64,000 bases of DNA from Patescibacteria group bacterium (GCA_028718865.1 JAQUKX010000005.1:368-64367), one strand, 5' to 3'. Shown: positions 19,350-30,022, numbered from the stretch's first letter. Notes: generated from the letters alone by a model not told the origin. Translations and numbers: made by a program.

Positions 19350-20783
19350 TTAAGCGATTAATTGTTCAATATAATTACCCAAATTGAGAATTTTTTCTTC
19401 CTGGAAAGCATCACCCAAAAGCTGCAAGCCTATAGGCAATCCTTTTTTGTCCTGACCTATAGGCAAAGACAAGCCACAAACACCGCCAATGTTGGCCGCC
19501 ACTGTAAAGATATCAGACAAATACATAGTCAGAGGATCCTGTGATTTTTCGCCCAGCTTAAAAGCAGTAGTAGGCGTAGCTGGCGTGAGCAAAACATCTA
19601 CTTCTGAAAATACCTTGGCAAAATCTTCTTTGATCAAAGTGCGGACTTTTTGCGCCTGCTTGTAGTAGGCATCATAGTAGCCAGCGGACAAAATATAAGT
19701 CCCTAGCATAATTCTCCTTTTGACTTCAGCGCCAAAACCGCGACTTCTTATTTCTTTGTACCAATCATCCAAGCCTGATTTTTTATCCGCTGACAAGCCA
19801 TATAGCACCCCGTCGTAGCGCGCCAAATTGGAACTCACTTCCGCCGGCATCAGAAGATAATAAGTAGCCAAAGCATAATCAGTGTAAGGCAAACTCACTT
19901 CTTTTACCGTCATTCCTTCTTTTTCCAAGCTGGCCACCAGTCCTTTCACTGCCTGCTCTACTTCTTTGTCCAAGCCAGCTGCAAAATATTCTTTGGGCAG
20001 TCCCAAGCGCAATTTTTTGGTATTTTTGCCCAGTCCAGACAAATAATCTGGTACTTTGGTCTGAGCGCTAGTTGCATCCAAAGGATCAAAGCCGGCCATA
20101 TATTGCAAAAGCAAAGCCAAATCCCGCACGCTATTGGCCATAGGACCTATTTGGTCCAAAGAAGAAGCCATAGCCATAGAACCATAGCGGGAAACTCGGC
20201 CATAGCTGGGCTTGAGGCCGCAAACGCCGCAAAAAGAAGCTGGCTGGCGTATAGAGCCACCCGTATCAGTGCCCAAAGCAGTTGGCGCCAGAGAAGCAGC
20301 CAAAGCTGCTGCTGAGCCGCCTGAAGATCCGCCCGGCACTCTTTTTTTGTCATAGGGGTTCAAGACCGGCCCAAAAGCTGAATTCTCATTGGAAGACCCC
20401 ATAGCAAACTCATCGCAATTGGTTTTGCCCAAGACTACCATGCCTGCTTTTTGCAGGTGATCAACAGCCGTAGCAGTATAACTGGCAATATAATCTGCCA
20501 AAATATTGGAAGCTCCGGTGGCTCTCAAGCCCTCAACCAAAATAATGTCCTTAACTGCCAAGGGCACGCCACAGAGCTCGCCTCCCTTTTTTGCCGCTAG
20601 CAACTTATCAGCGAACTTGGCCTGTTCCAAGGCCTTGTCATTTACTGAAATAAAAGCATTGCAATCGTCTTTTTTAATTTTTTTCAAATAAGCCGAAGTA
20701 AGCTCATAGCTGGAAAATTTCTTTTGCTTGAGTCCGGCGCTGATTTTCGATATTGTTAATTTTTCCGTTTTTAAATTAGTCAT
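19350..20783 (-). CDS. gatA: Asp/Glu-tRNA amidotransferase subunit A
   Basis: GKTNCDEFAMGSS, PGGSSGGSAAA, GTDTGGSIRQPA amidase signature; start placed at MTNLK. Confidence 0.97.
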   Translation of the reverse strand: MTNLKTEKLTISKISAGLKQKKFSSYELTSAYLKKIKKDDCNAFISVNDKALEQAKFADKLLAAKKGGELCGVPLAVKDIILVEGLRATGASNILADYIASYTATAVDHLQKAGMVVLGKTNCDEFAMGSSNENSAFGPVLNPYDKKRVPGGSSGGSAAALAASLAPTALGTDTGGSIRQPASFCGVCGLKPSYGRVSRYGSMAMASSLDQIGPMANSVRDLALLLQYMAGFDPLDATSAQTKVPDYLSGLGKNTKKLRLGLPKEYFAAGLDKEVEQAVKGLVASLEKEGMTVKEVSLPYTDYALATYYLLMPAEVSSNLARYDGVLYGLSADKKSGLDDWYKEIRSRGFGAEVKRRIMLGTYILSAGYYDAYYKQAQKVRTLIKEDFAKVFSEVDVLLTPATPTTAFKLGEKSQDPLTMYLSDIFTVAANIGGVCGLSLPIGQDKKGLPIGLQLLGDAFQEEKILNLGNYIEQLIA

Positions 20784-21072
20784 TTTTTTTGTTAAAAACA
20801 TTGGGCACGGCCACAAAACCAGCTTTAATATTTTTTGCTGGGATAAGCCCTTGGCTTTTGCTAAACTGAGGCGAATCTGCTCGCAAAAACAAAGAATTTT
20901 GCTGAGCGCCGCTTAGACTCTGCTCTACTTGGGACAAATCCAGCTGATTTATTTTATTGACATAACCCAAAACATCAGCCAACTCACGGCCAAAAGCCGC
21001 TGCTTCTTTATCGCTGAGATTGAGCTTGGCCAAATCGGCTATTTTTATTATTTCTTTTTTACTTAAAACCAT
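20776..21072 (-). CDS. gatC: Asp/Glu-tRNA amidotransferase subunit C
   Basis: IADLAKLNL, LRAD, FVAVPNV; overlaps the gatA start. Confidence 0.88.
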   Translation of the reverse strand: MVLSKKEIIKIADLAKLNLSDKEAAAFGRELADVLGYVNKINQLDLSQVEQSLSGAQQNSLFLRADSPQFSKSQGLIPAKNIKAGFVAVPNVFNKKND

Positions 21073-21109
21073 GAATTTTATTTTAGCTAAAATAAAGGCA
21101 AAGGGCAAA

Positions 21110-21702
21110 TTATTTTTTTGACTGCCAGTTATCAATTTTTAAAACATAGATAGTAAATAAAATAACTAAGATGGTCTGTAAAGCAAATAAAACAACATTT
21201 GTCAGCCACCAGCTGATCAAACTGGCATCATCATAAAACAAAACTGCCGGTAATAAGACGCCAGCGGAGAGTAAAAAAGAAAATAATAATCCCGTGGAGC
21301 GGATAAAAGCCATTGTTTATGCCACCAAATTTTTTCTTTATTAAACTGCTTGAGCGGATAATGAGGATTGTAAACAAACCACAGATAATCCCATAGAACT
21401 ATAAAAATCAGAAACATAGACAAGGTCATTGACCAATTATATAGATTAAAAGGCAGAGTAAAAACATAAGGCAAATGCAAAATCAAAAAAACAAAAGTAA
21501 ACATAGTGATATGATAGCCAGTAGTTTCCCGACCGCTCATAAATTTACTATAAAGGCGATTGAGCTTACTTTTGCTGTTTTTAGGGCGCCAAGTAGGCAA
21601 ATTTTGCGCCCAGCCGTGAGGGCCTTCTATTTGAATTTCCAATATTGCCAAAACAGAGGCTAAGACAAAAATATAAATATTGGCAATGATTATTTCTGAC
21701 AT
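21110..21702 (-). pseudogene. Membrane protein apparently split by a frameshift near 21280-21295
   Basis: ORF 21217..21702 (EIQIEGPHGWA..LPTWR, DYLWFVYNP) degenerates after PRDYY; overlapping frame 21110..21313 supplies two more TM-like helices. Confidence 0.55.
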
Positions 21703-21706
21703 AAAA

Positions 21707-23707
21707 TTAATTATTTTTATTTAATAATTTTAAAAACTCTTCTTCGCTGATTATCTTGATACTTTTTATTTTTTTAGCCCCAGCTAGTTTGGATCCAGGA
21801 TTTTCGCCAATAACCAAATAATCCAAATTTTTACTAACTGCCGAAAGAATTTTGGCGCCAGCTAACCTAAGCATATTTTTGGCTTTTTCTCTTTCCATTG
21901 ACAGAGAGCCGCTAAAAAGAAAAGTTTTATCTGCCAAAGCTCCTTTTTGGGAAACAAGATTTTTAATTTTTATTCCTGCTTGCTCAATAGCCGAAAAAAT
22001 GTTTTGATTTTCCCGCCACCAAGAAAATAAAGAGCTGGCCACCTCCGGACCAATATCAGAAAGGGTCATAAACTCCTCTTGGCTGGCTTGGCTGATTTTT
22101 TTCAAACTGCCAAAATGCCTGGCTAGAAGCTGAGAAGTTTCCTCTCCTACATGCCTAATGCCCAGGGCATAGATAAAATTACTCAGATTTATTTCTCTGG
22201 CTTGAGAAATGGCTTTTACCAAATTATCCGCTTTTTTGCGAGCAAAGCCTTCCAAAACTTCCAAATCTCCAGTTTTGAGAGTAAAAAAATCAAAAGGACT
22301 GGAAACCAAGCCCTTATCCGCCAAAAGCCTGACTATGCTTTTGCCCAAACCCTCAATATTAAAAGCTTTTTTGGAAACAAAATGTATCAGCTTTTCTACA
22401 TTCTGGCCATAACATTTTTTGTTCTGGCAATAATAAGCTACCTCGCCTGGTTTTTTGGCTACTGCTTGCTGGCAAATCGGACATTTTTTGGGAAAATAAA
22501 AAGGCTTTTCTTTTCCAGTTCGCAAAGTTTTGATTACTTCCACTATATCGGGAATAATATCACCGGCTTTTTGAATAATAACTGTATCGCCTATTCTGGC
22601 ATCTAATCTTTTTATTTCATCTTGATTGTGCAAAGTAGCTCGAGAAACTGTAGTGCCAGCCACCAAAACTGGTTTTAAGATTGCCACTGGTGTCAGAGCA
22701 CCACTACGACCAACTTGGAGCTCTATATCCAAAATCTGGCTAGTAGCTTGCTCAGCCGAAAATTTATAAGCCAGCATCCAACGCTCGGCCTTACCTATAT
22801 GCCCCAATACTTTTTCTTGACTTACATCATTGACCACTATCACTGCTCCATCGGTCTGATAAGGCAGAGTTTTTCTTTTTTCTTCCCATTTTTTTAAATA
22901 TTTTTCCACTGCTTCTATGTTCTGACACAATTGGTTATATGGGCTGGTTTTAAAACCTAAATCTTGTAAAAATTGATGCACTTGGGCGTGATTTTTTTGA
23001 CCCAAATCACTGATAAGCTCAAAAGCAATAAAGTCTAGCTGGCGAGAAGCGGTCACTTTGGGATCAAGTTGCCTGATAGAGCCGGCGGCCACATTACGCG
23101 GATTGGCAAAAAGAGCCAAGCCTTTGGCAAGCTGTTTTTTATTTAATTTTTCAAAAACATCTTTATTCATCACTACCTCGCCTCTGACTTCTAAAACAGC
23201 CGGCAGTTTTTTATTTTTCAATGCTTGCAAAGACAAAGGAACGCTATTGATAGTTTTGATATTAGTAGTGACATCCTCCCCTATTTTACCGTCGCCCCGA
23301 GTAGCTGCTCTTTGTAAAACTCCATTTTGATAAGTCAAAACTACTGTCAAGCCATCTAGTTTTAATTCCAAATAATAATCCTTGATTTTTTCTCCCAAAA
23401 TTTTTTCATTTCTCTTTTGCCAGTCTTTAATATCTACCAGATCAAAAGCATCGGCCAAAGATAAAATAGGGCTAAGATGACTTACTTTGGAAAACTTGTC
23501 CAGAGGCAATCCCCCTACTCTTTGACTGGGAGAATCAGGAAGAACTAAATCAGGAAATTCTTTTTCCAGTTTTTCCAGCTCATTTTTAAGCGAATCAAGA
23601 GCCCCGTCGGAAATCTCCGGCTTATCCAAAACATGATAAAGATAACGATGATGGTTCACTTCCCTTGTCAGTTTGGCTATTCTTTTTTTGGCTTCAGTTT
23701 TGTTCAT
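21707..23707 (-). CDS. ligA: NAD-dependent DNA ligase
   Basis: ELKLDG, ATRGDG..GEDVT, FANPRN, GRSG, zinc finger, HhH and BRCT. Confidence 0.98.
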   Translation of the reverse strand: MNKTEAKKRIAKLTREVNHHRYLYHVLDKPEISDGALDSLKNELEKLEKEFPDLVLPDSPSQRVGGLPLDKFSKVSHLSPILSLADAFDLVDIKDWQKRNEKILGEKIKDYYLELKLDGLTVVLTYQNGVLQRAATRGDGKIGEDVTTNIKTINSVPLSLQALKNKKLPAVLEVRGEVVMNKDVFEKLNKKQLAKGLALFANPRNVAAGSIRQLDPKVTASRQLDFIAFELISDLGQKNHAQVHQFLQDLGFKTSPYNQLCQNIEAVEKYLKKWEEKRKTLPYQTDGAVIVVNDVSQEKVLGHIGKAERWMLAYKFSAEQATSQILDIELQVGRSGALTPVAILKPVLVAGTTVSRATLHNQDEIKRLDARIGDTVIIQKAGDIIPDIVEVIKTLRTGKEKPFYFPKKCPICQQAVAKKPGEVAYYCQNKKCYGQNVEKLIHFVSKKAFNIEGLGKSIVRLLADKGLVSSPFDFFTLKTGDLEVLEGFARKKADNLVKAISQAREINLSNFIYALGIRHVGEETSQLLARHFGSLKKISQASQEEFMTLSDIGPEVASSLFSWWRENQNIFSAIEQAGIKIKNLVSQKGALADKTFLFSGSLSMEREKAKNMLRLAGAKILSAVSKNLDYLVIGENPGSKLAGAKKIKSIKIISEEEFLKLLNKNN

Positions 23708-23718
23708 TTTGCCAAATC

Positions 23719-24606
23719 TTACTGCCAAATAGGATCTTTTATAAAAGGCTCTTCCGAAAAAATAACATAGCTAAAAACTCCGGAAACCGGTGCTATTGCC
23801 GGCATCACTGCCTTGAGACGATAGCGGGAATTGCGATAAATACCGTCGACTGTCATAGCTGTCCTTGAAAAGATGCCTAGATTATTATCGTCCTGATCCA
23901 TTATTCTCATTTCCAGTCTTTCTACTGGATTATTTAAAGGCTTAAAACTAAAACGATAATAGCGGTTTGGACTGATGTCATACACTACCGCCTGGCACTG
24001 ATCCGAGCCAAAAGCGCAATTGCAAATAGCCAAATCCTTGCGGCTCTCAAAATCTGTAAAACTCTGGGCAAAAGAATTAAAATTTATTTCCAAACGGTCA
24101 GAAGCATGGTAAGGAAAGCAATTTTTCACCTGCCAAATTATATGATATTTTGTTTGAAAAACTTCTGGCTGTTCTTCTACCCAATCAATGCCACTGACAC
24201 TCCCGGCCGGATCAATAATATCCACATAAGCAGCGGTGGTGGTAGTGAGATTGTAAGCGATAAAATTCTCGTGCTTCATCTGGCTCTCAATAATCTCAAA
24301 AGTCTGACCCGCCCCGATGCTAAATGCTTCTGCTTGACTCTCCAAAGCCCTAAATTCATCAAAATAACTGAAACGATAAGCATATTTGAGATGATGGAGA
24401 GCTTTTTCCATACCGCCATTGGCGGCATAAAAAGAACCAACTGAGTTGATGATATTGGCCGACATTCTGACTTCGCTCATGATAATCTTGGCAAAAGCCA
24501 AACTAGAAACCATAATCAAAGACAAAATCAACAAGGCCGTTACCAAGGCCATGCCCGAAGGGTCAGAAATATTTTTTGTTTTTTGGCTGAAATATTTGTT
24601 GAACAT
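23719..24606 (-). CDS. PilX-like minor pilin/assembly protein
   Basis: G|MALVTALLIL class III-like leader lacking E5; SFYAANGGME. Confidence 0.7.
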   Translation of the reverse strand: MFNKYFSQKTKNISDPSGMALVTALLILSLIMVSSLAFAKIIMSEVRMSANIINSVGSFYAANGGMEKALHHLKYAYRFSYFDEFRALESQAEAFSIGAGQTFEIIESQMKHENFIAYNLTTTTAAYVDIIDPAGSVSGIDWVEEQPEVFQTKYHIIWQVKNCFPYHASDRLEINFNSFAQSFTDFESRKDLAICNCAFGSDQCQAVVYDISPNRYYRFSFKPLNNPVERLEMRIMDQDDNNLGIFSRTAMTVDGIYRNSRYRLKAVMPAIAPVSGVFSYVIFSEEPFIKDPIWQ

Positions 24607-24615
24607 TTTTTGATA

Positions 24616-25266
24616 TTAGCGGCGATAAATCCGGGAAGAAACTGTTGTTTGAAAATTCTGACTGACTTGTTCTATCGCCCTGTTACTGGCGTAGTTCACC
24701 TGCAGGCGGATAGTAGCGCGAGGATGGTAATCGCAATCAGGATAATCCTCAATTTGATTACAACCTTTATAAGAATTGATATTTGGCTTGATATAAAAAT
24801 CCAGCTCATCCACTGAGATTTTATTACTAGCCGGTGACAATAAAATAGTAAAAGATGAGGGACTAGCTTCCCAAGGCTGACAACTGGTATAATCAATATT
24901 ACAATTCAAAACAACGTGATAAAGCGATTCATTATTCACGGTAAAAGCTGTCAAAAGTCCGTCTTCTCTAAGCAGAAGAATGCAGTTGGAGTATACCTCC
25001 CCCAAATAACCCGCGCAATCACCAGCGCTGGGATCAAAATCAAAAATCATATTGTTTCTGATTTCTCTGGCCATCATCTCCAAAGCGTACTGGGAATCAT
25101 TGAGCAAGCGCTGAGAAGCTCTGGACTGGGTCTGTAAACGGGAAAAAGCCAAATAAATCCCAGCAATAAGCCCTGTCATCAAAGCAAAAATCCCCACGGC
25201 AATAACCAGCTCCAAAAGAGAAAAGCCTTCTTTTTGTTTTTTTATTATCTTTATCATCGGCGCCAA
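24616..25266 (-). CDS. Type IV minor pilin (PilW/GspJ-like)
   Basis: G|FSLLELVIA prepilin motif; ALEMMAREIR. Confidence 0.85.
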   Translation of the reverse strand: MAPMIKIIKKQKEGFSLLELVIAVGIFALMTGLIAGIYLAFSRLQTQSRASQRLLNDSQYALEMMAREIRNNMIFDFDPSAGDCAGYLGEVYSNCILLLREDGLLTAFTVNNESLYHVVLNCNIDYTSCQPWEASPSSFTILLSPASNKISVDELDFYIKPNINSYKGCNQIEDYPDCDYHPRATIRLQVNYASNRAIEQVSQNFQTTVSSRIYRR

Positions 25267-25955
25267 TTATAAATCCTATCGTTTAATTCCAAATTATACT
25301 CTTTGCCGGCTCTGCTCCAATCAACTACTGCTGTCACTCTAAGACCGATTACAACTTCGTCTGACTGACATTCTTCTCTTTCTATTTCTTCCGGAAACGG
25401 TAAATTACCATCCCAGTCACGCTCCAAACAAATAGGCATCAATCTGACCAGGCGGGAAAAATTCGTTCTGGCATTCAATGATCCTGGCGATCCTAAATCA
25501 TGACTATAAAACCCATTCTGATCAATAAATAAAGGGCATTCATTTTGTCCTTTACACTGATTAAAACAAGCCAAAATATTACCAGGATCGGGGAATCCTT
25601 GGCAAATCTCACTTCCCCGGCTATAAATGTCATAATCAACCACCAAAAACAATTTATTTAAAGCCCCGTAATTCCAAGGAACAATAAAATCTTCACCGCC
25701 TATTTCCACTGTCTGATTGCTATCCGCCGCCAGCCAATTGCTGTCACGGATATTTCTCACTATTTCCAAAGCTTCTCTAGCCAAGTTAGCTGCTATTATC
25801 CTGTCCCGATTGCTTCTGTTTTCATTGAAATTTGCTAGAGCCAAAGTAAAAGCCGCCATAATCCCGATGGTAAAAACCGCAATAGTGATTATCAACTCCA
25901 CCAAAGTAAAAGCTTCTTGCCGGCCAGATGAATTATTTTTTCCGAAAAAAATCAT
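25254..25955 (-). CDS. Type IV minor pilin (PilV-like)
   Basis: A|FTLVELII; AANLAREALEIVRNIRDSNW. Confidence 0.85.
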   Translation of the reverse strand: MIFFGKNNSSGRQEAFTLVELIITIAVFTIGIMAAFTLALANFNENRSNRDRIIAANLAREALEIVRNIRDSNWLAADSNQTVEIGGEDFIVPWNYGALNKLFLVVDYDIYSRGSEICQGFPDPGNILACFNQCKGQNECPLFIDQNGFYSHDLGSPGSLNARTNFSRLVRLMPICLERDWDGNLPFPEEIEREECQSDEVVIGLRVTAVVDWSRAGKEYNLELNDRIYNWRR

Positions 25956-26620
25956 AACATTTCAAGTTGTTGCGGATCTTCTGGAGGCAAAGGCGGTCTT
26001 GGCGGGGTAAAATCTTCATAATAAAGTCCAAAATTCGCCCAAGTGTATTCTACTTCTCCCTGAGCATTAAAAGATTTCTCTCCTAAGGTAATAATGGATC
26101 GGTAGCCTTTGTTGGGGTAGCCCGGGCCGTTGTTAACAACCGCCAAAAGATACTTGCCGCTATCGTTGGCTGCCATATTGCTATCAGCTTGATTTTCTGT
26201 CAAAAAATTGACGTAAAAACTCGCTTTATCCTCAACATGATCTTTCAAATAAACATCGGTGTTATTGACGGTTCTTTCTTTGATAAGTATTTGTTGATCG
26301 CCAAAGTCGGCAAAAATCCTGTACCTAGCTTTGTTGTTAACCCTATCAAAAACAATCTTATAACCCGAAGAAGGATATTGAGCACCCTCCTCCTCACTTA
26401 AGGTATAAGTAGTCCGAGAGACTGCCAAATTTCTGACATAGCGAAGATCCGCCACCAAGAGATCGGTTTCTTCAATTATTTCGCTCTGCATACTTTTTTG
26501 GTTGATATTGATGATAAAAAAAGAAGAAATAATAGAAATAATAGCTATCACTATCAAAATCTCTACCAAGGTCAAGCCGCTATTTTCCTTCTGCAATTTT
26601 TTTGCTTTGAAAATTCTCAT
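25952..26620 (-). CDS. Type IV minor pilin (FimT/GspH-like)
   Basis: G|LTLVEILIVIAII; LVADLRYVRNLA. Confidence 0.82.
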   Translation of the reverse strand: MRIFKAKKLQKENSGLTLVEILIVIAIISIISSFFIININQKSMQSEIIEETDLLVADLRYVRNLAVSRTTYTLSEEEGAQYPSSGYKIVFDRVNNKARYRIFADFGDQQILIKERTVNNTDVYLKDHVEDKASFYVNFLTENQADSNMAANDSGKYLLAVVNNGPGYPNKGYRSIITLGEKSFNAQGEVEYTWANFGLYYEDFTPPRPPLPPEDPQQLEML

Positions 26621-26641
26621 AAAAATAAATAAATTATTATT

Positions 26642-27424
26642 TTAAAAAATAAATAAAGACCAATACCAATCAACCAGAATCTGGCCATAAAGCATAGTCA
26701 AAAAAGTAGCTAGCGCCAAAAAAGTGCCAAAAGGCAATTTGTCTTTGAGGCCTTTTTTGCGGCCAGCCAAAAGAAAAATGCTAAATACTGACCCTAGAAT
26801 ATAGGCAATAAATAAGGCTGTCAAAATATGCGGCCAGCCCAAAATCGCGCCCATCAGCGCTCCCAGCCGCACATCGCCGCCGCCTATCCAGCGGCCCTGA
26901 GAAATGACAAACTGCAAAAAGAAAAATCCGCCACCTACCAGCATAGCTGTAAACAAAGACCAGACTAACATGCCCAAAACCAAATTGGCGGTCAAAGCCA
27001 AAATTATTGCCGGCCAAACTACGCTGTCCAAAATCAAATAATACTTGAGGTCATAGACAAAAATAATAACCAAAAAGGCCGCCAACGCCCACCAGTTGAA
27101 CAAGTGCAAAATAACCAGAGGCGTCAAAAACTCCGGACTAAAATCCCCAAACAAGCGGACAAAAATCAAAACAAAAGCCAAGGCAGTAGCTAGCTCTACC
27201 AGCGGATACTGGACAGAAAATCGCTCACGGCAATAGCGGCAACGTCCTCTGAGGTACAAAAAGCTAAAAAAAGGCACTAGGTCCTGCGGATAAAGCTTGT
27301 GGCCGCAAAACAGGCACTTGGAAGAGCCGCGTATAAAGGACTCCTGTCTGTGCAGACGAAAAATAACCACATTGAGAAAACTGCCGACAAATAGCCCGAA
27401 AATAAAAACAAAAGCTACTATCAT
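26642..27424 (-). CDS. pilD: Prepilin peptidase / N-methyltransferase
   Basis: GSFLNVVIFRL, CxxC...CxxC, YD, GGGDVRL, PFGTFL. Confidence 0.95.
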   Translation of the reverse strand: MIVAFVFIFGLFVGSFLNVVIFRLHRQESFIRGSSKCLFCGHKLYPQDLVPFFSFLYLRGRCRYCRERFSVQYPLVELATALAFVLIFVRLFGDFSPEFLTPLVILHLFNWWALAAFLVIIFVYDLKYYLILDSVVWPAIILALTANLVLGMLVWSLFTAMLVGGGFFFLQFVISQGRWIGGGDVRLGALMGAILGWPHILTALFIAYILGSVFSIFLLAGRKKGLKDKLPFGTFLALATFLTMLYGQILVDWYWSLFIF

Positions 27425-27466
27425 AGTAGCTTTATTATAACACAATAGAGCCGTGTTTGGTAGCGT

Positions 27467-27901
27467 TTAATTGGCGCGACAAACCATATTCATAGCGGCT
27501 GTTATCCGACACTGGCCGCCTTTATTTTTGTCTATATTCCACAAAGGCCACTTGCGCTTGAGTTCAAACTCTATCAGATAATTGTCTGCCCGGCTGATAA
27601 TAGTAGCCGAACCGACCCAAGCAAAATCTCGGACAAAATAATACTTTTGCTCACCAGCGACATTCACGCCCTTATCGCTAATAGAGCCAATGGACACCGC
27701 CGAACTTCTGGTCAAATCCGGATAAACATTGAACTTATCATAATATCTCTCCAAACCAAAGGCCAGTTGTTTGGCTTGAGCTACTAGTAGCAGATCATCA
27801 GCTCGGCGCTTTTCTTCAGTAGTAATAATAAGTAAAAAAACCAGCAAAAAAACAAAAGCCATGATTAGAAATATTTTTGTTTTAAGACTGTAGTTAAACA
27901 T
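27467..27901 (-). CDS. Pseudopilin-like membrane protein (GspG-like core, no clear methylation motif)
   Basis: Single N-terminal TM; LAFGLERYYDKFNVYP; located in the pilus locus. Confidence 0.55.
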   Translation of the reverse strand: MFNYSLKTKIFLIMAFVFLLVFLLIITTEEKRRADDLLLVAQAKQLAFGLERYYDKFNVYPDLTRSSAVSIGSISDKGVNVAGEQKYYFVRDFAWVGSATIISRADNYLIEFELKRKWPLWNIDKNKGGQCRITAAMNMVCRAN

Positions 27902-27934
27902 AAATCAATTTGCTTTTATTTTGCCAATATTTAC

Positions 27935-28099
27935 ACTCGGCTGTTTTGTTTCCCAGGAGCACGGCGTCGGCTCAAGAAGGCAGGCCATCTTTGTCCATAG
28001 CCGCGCCTATTGCTTGCCCCGCCTAAAATAAGTAAAAAATAAAAATCATTTTGCTGGGCGGGTCGGCGCAAATACTCCCTGTCAACAAAACAGCCTCGT
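27935..28099 (-). ncRNA. Unidentified structured RNA candidate
   Basis: GC-rich island closed by a 12-bp stem GGCTGTTTTGTT/AACAAAACAGCC with further nested pairings; TGTGGTATAAT extended -10 at 28140-28150 on the minus strand. Confidence 0.45.
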
Positions 28100-28163
28100 T
28101 GATAATAAACTAAAAGATATAAACAATACTATTATTCATATTATACCACAAAAATCCCCAAAC

Positions 28164-28191
28164 AAAAAACTCTCCTTTAGGAGAGTTTTTT
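28164..28191 (-). terminator. Intrinsic terminator after the major pilin
   Basis: AAAAAACTCTCCT-TT-AGGAGAGTTTTTT. Confidence 0.75.
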
Positions 28192-28219
28192 GTTTTTAAA
28201 TAAATTTTTGAAAATTTTA

Positions 28220-28636
28220 TTATGTTTCTATACAGCCGCTCGCTGTACATGTAATAGTGATAGTGCCATTAGTAGCTGCATAATTAAATGTGCCAGCGGA
28301 AGCAGAGCTATTACAAGTAGCACTATAACTCCAACCTGTTTGCTGAGCAACATTAGGCCAATTAATACTCGATCCTGTGCATATAGTACCTCCGGCTGTT
28401 GGGGTTTGGGCGCCTGCGCATGTAGCAGGAGTGGCCGCTCCATCATGTAAGTTTGCTCCCGCATCATGACAAAGAATTACACCTGGAATAATAGCTGCCA
28501 AAGATCCTTTGACCGCTGCTGTTCTTGCCTTGTCTCTAGCGCTATTTAAGTTTACCACCGCCACAGTGGACAAAATTCCGATGATGGCAATAACCACCAA
28601 AAGCTCAACTAAAGTAAAACCTTTTTTATTTCTCAT
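28220..28636 (-). CDS. Type IV pilin (probable major pilin)
   Basis: MRNKKG|[16 protein letters not shown]; strong SD AGGAGGTGA; own terminator; Cys pairs in the C-terminal domain. Confidence 0.92.
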   Translation of the reverse strand: MRNKKGFTLVELLVVIAIIGILSTVAVVNLNSARDKARTAAVKGSLAAIIPGVILCHDAGANLHDGAATPATCAGAQTPTAGGTICTGSSINWPNVAQQTGWSYSATCNSSASAGTFNYAATNGTITITCTASGCIET

Positions 28637-28801
28637 TTTGTCACCTCCTCTCATACTAACTTTTGTTTTAGTTAAAACCCGAGATCTCCGAGGTTCTAGC
28701 CAAAAAACAAAAGCTAAAGGTGTTAATTTTTAAATATTTATAAAAATACGACTTTCTAATTATAGCATTTTTTCAAAAAACCAACAAGAAAAATAAAAAA
28801 A

Positions 28802-30010
28802 TTAGGAAATGCCCTGAGCAATTTTAAACATCGGCAACATTATGGCTGCTACCATACCACCCACGCCCACTCCCATGATGATAAGAATCATCGGCTCTAT
28901 CAAAGACGTCAGGCCAGCCACCAAATTATCTATTTCTCGGCTATAAAAAGAGCTTAATTTTTCTAGCACTGCATCCAGCTTGCCGGTACGCTCGCCTATC
29001 ACCATCATCTGGGAAAGCATCTTGGGCATCAGCGGTGATTTGACAAACAAACTGGCAATGGAATTGCCGCCTTCCACCTCATCCACTGTGTCCAAAATCA
29101 ACTTTTCATAAGCGTGATTATCTACTACTTCAGCGCTGATGGTCAGAGCCGAAGCAATAGGCACGCCGCCTCTGATGAGAGTGGACAAGCTTCTGGTAAA
29201 ACGTACTATATATATTTTTTTGAACAAAGAGCCAAAAATCGGCATTTCTATTTTAAAAGCATCCCAAGTAATTTTACCGGCTTTAGAGCTTACTAAAAAG
29301 CGGAAAATCACGATAAAAGCCGCTAGTCCAAAAAGAATAAAATACCAATAATCAGCCATAAAGCCGGAAATATTTATCAACAGACGAGTCAAAAAAGGCA
29401 GCTCGGCGCCGGTTTCTTCCAGCATCTGAGTCATCTGAGGCACCACAAAAACCATCATCAAAAATCCCACTGCTATCATGCCAAAGATAATAAAAGCCGG
29501 ATAAATCATGGCGCTTTTTACCCGCGAAACCAGATCATAATCTTTTTCCATCTGGTCAGCCAAATACTGCAAAATCTCGTCCAATTTACCCGAGGTTTCG
29601 CCGGATTTCAACATGGCTACATAAAAATTGCTAAACACTTTTTTATGCTTAGCCATGGAATCGGACAAGCGCATACCGCCTTCCACGTCATCGGCCATTT
29701 CTACTATCTTGGCGACAAAAATAGGATTAGTAGTTTGCTGAGATAATATTCTCAGCGACTGCACTATCGGCACTGTAGCAGAAATCATCACCGACAGCTG
29801 GCGGGAAAAAATCACCAGATCTTTAGCCGTCACGCTGCCAATATTTATATTGAATCCCTGCCGGCTTTTTTTTCTGGTTTCAGTCAAAGACACTATGCGC
29901 AAACCCCGCTCAGCCAAAAGCTCCGCCGCCTCATTTTCGCCGACTGCTTCTACTACTCCGGAGCTTATCTTGCCCTCACTGGTTCTGGCTCTGTATTTGT
30001 ATATAGCCAT
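28802..30010 (-). CDS. pilC: Type IV pilus inner-membrane platform protein
   Basis: FSRQLSVM, GETSGKLD, AMIYP, GERTGKLD, LIEP. Confidence 0.95.
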   Translation of the reverse strand: MAIYKYRARTSEGKISSGVVEAVGENEAAELLAERGLRIVSLTETRKKSRQGFNINIGSVTAKDLVIFSRQLSVMISATVPIVQSLRILSQQTTNPIFVAKIVEMADDVEGGMRLSDSMAKHKKVFSNFYVAMLKSGETSGKLDEILQYLADQMEKDYDLVSRVKSAMIYPAFIIFGMIAVGFLMMVFVVPQMTQMLEETGAELPFLTRLLINISGFMADYWYFILFGLAAFIVIFRFLVSSKAGKITWDAFKIEMPIFGSLFKKIYIVRFTRSLSTLIRGGVPIASALTISAEVVDNHAYEKLILDTVDEVEGGNSIASLFVKSPLMPKMLSQMMVIGERTGKLDAVLEKLSSFYSREIDNLVAGLTSLIEPMILIIMGVGVGGMVAAIMLPMFKIAQGIS

Positions 30011-30022
30011 AGCGCAAATAAA

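Noticed and set aside
28640-28740. Possible c-di-GMP riboswitch upstream of the major pilin
   Set aside because: Small hairpins are present, but no GEMM consensus motifs are recognisable.
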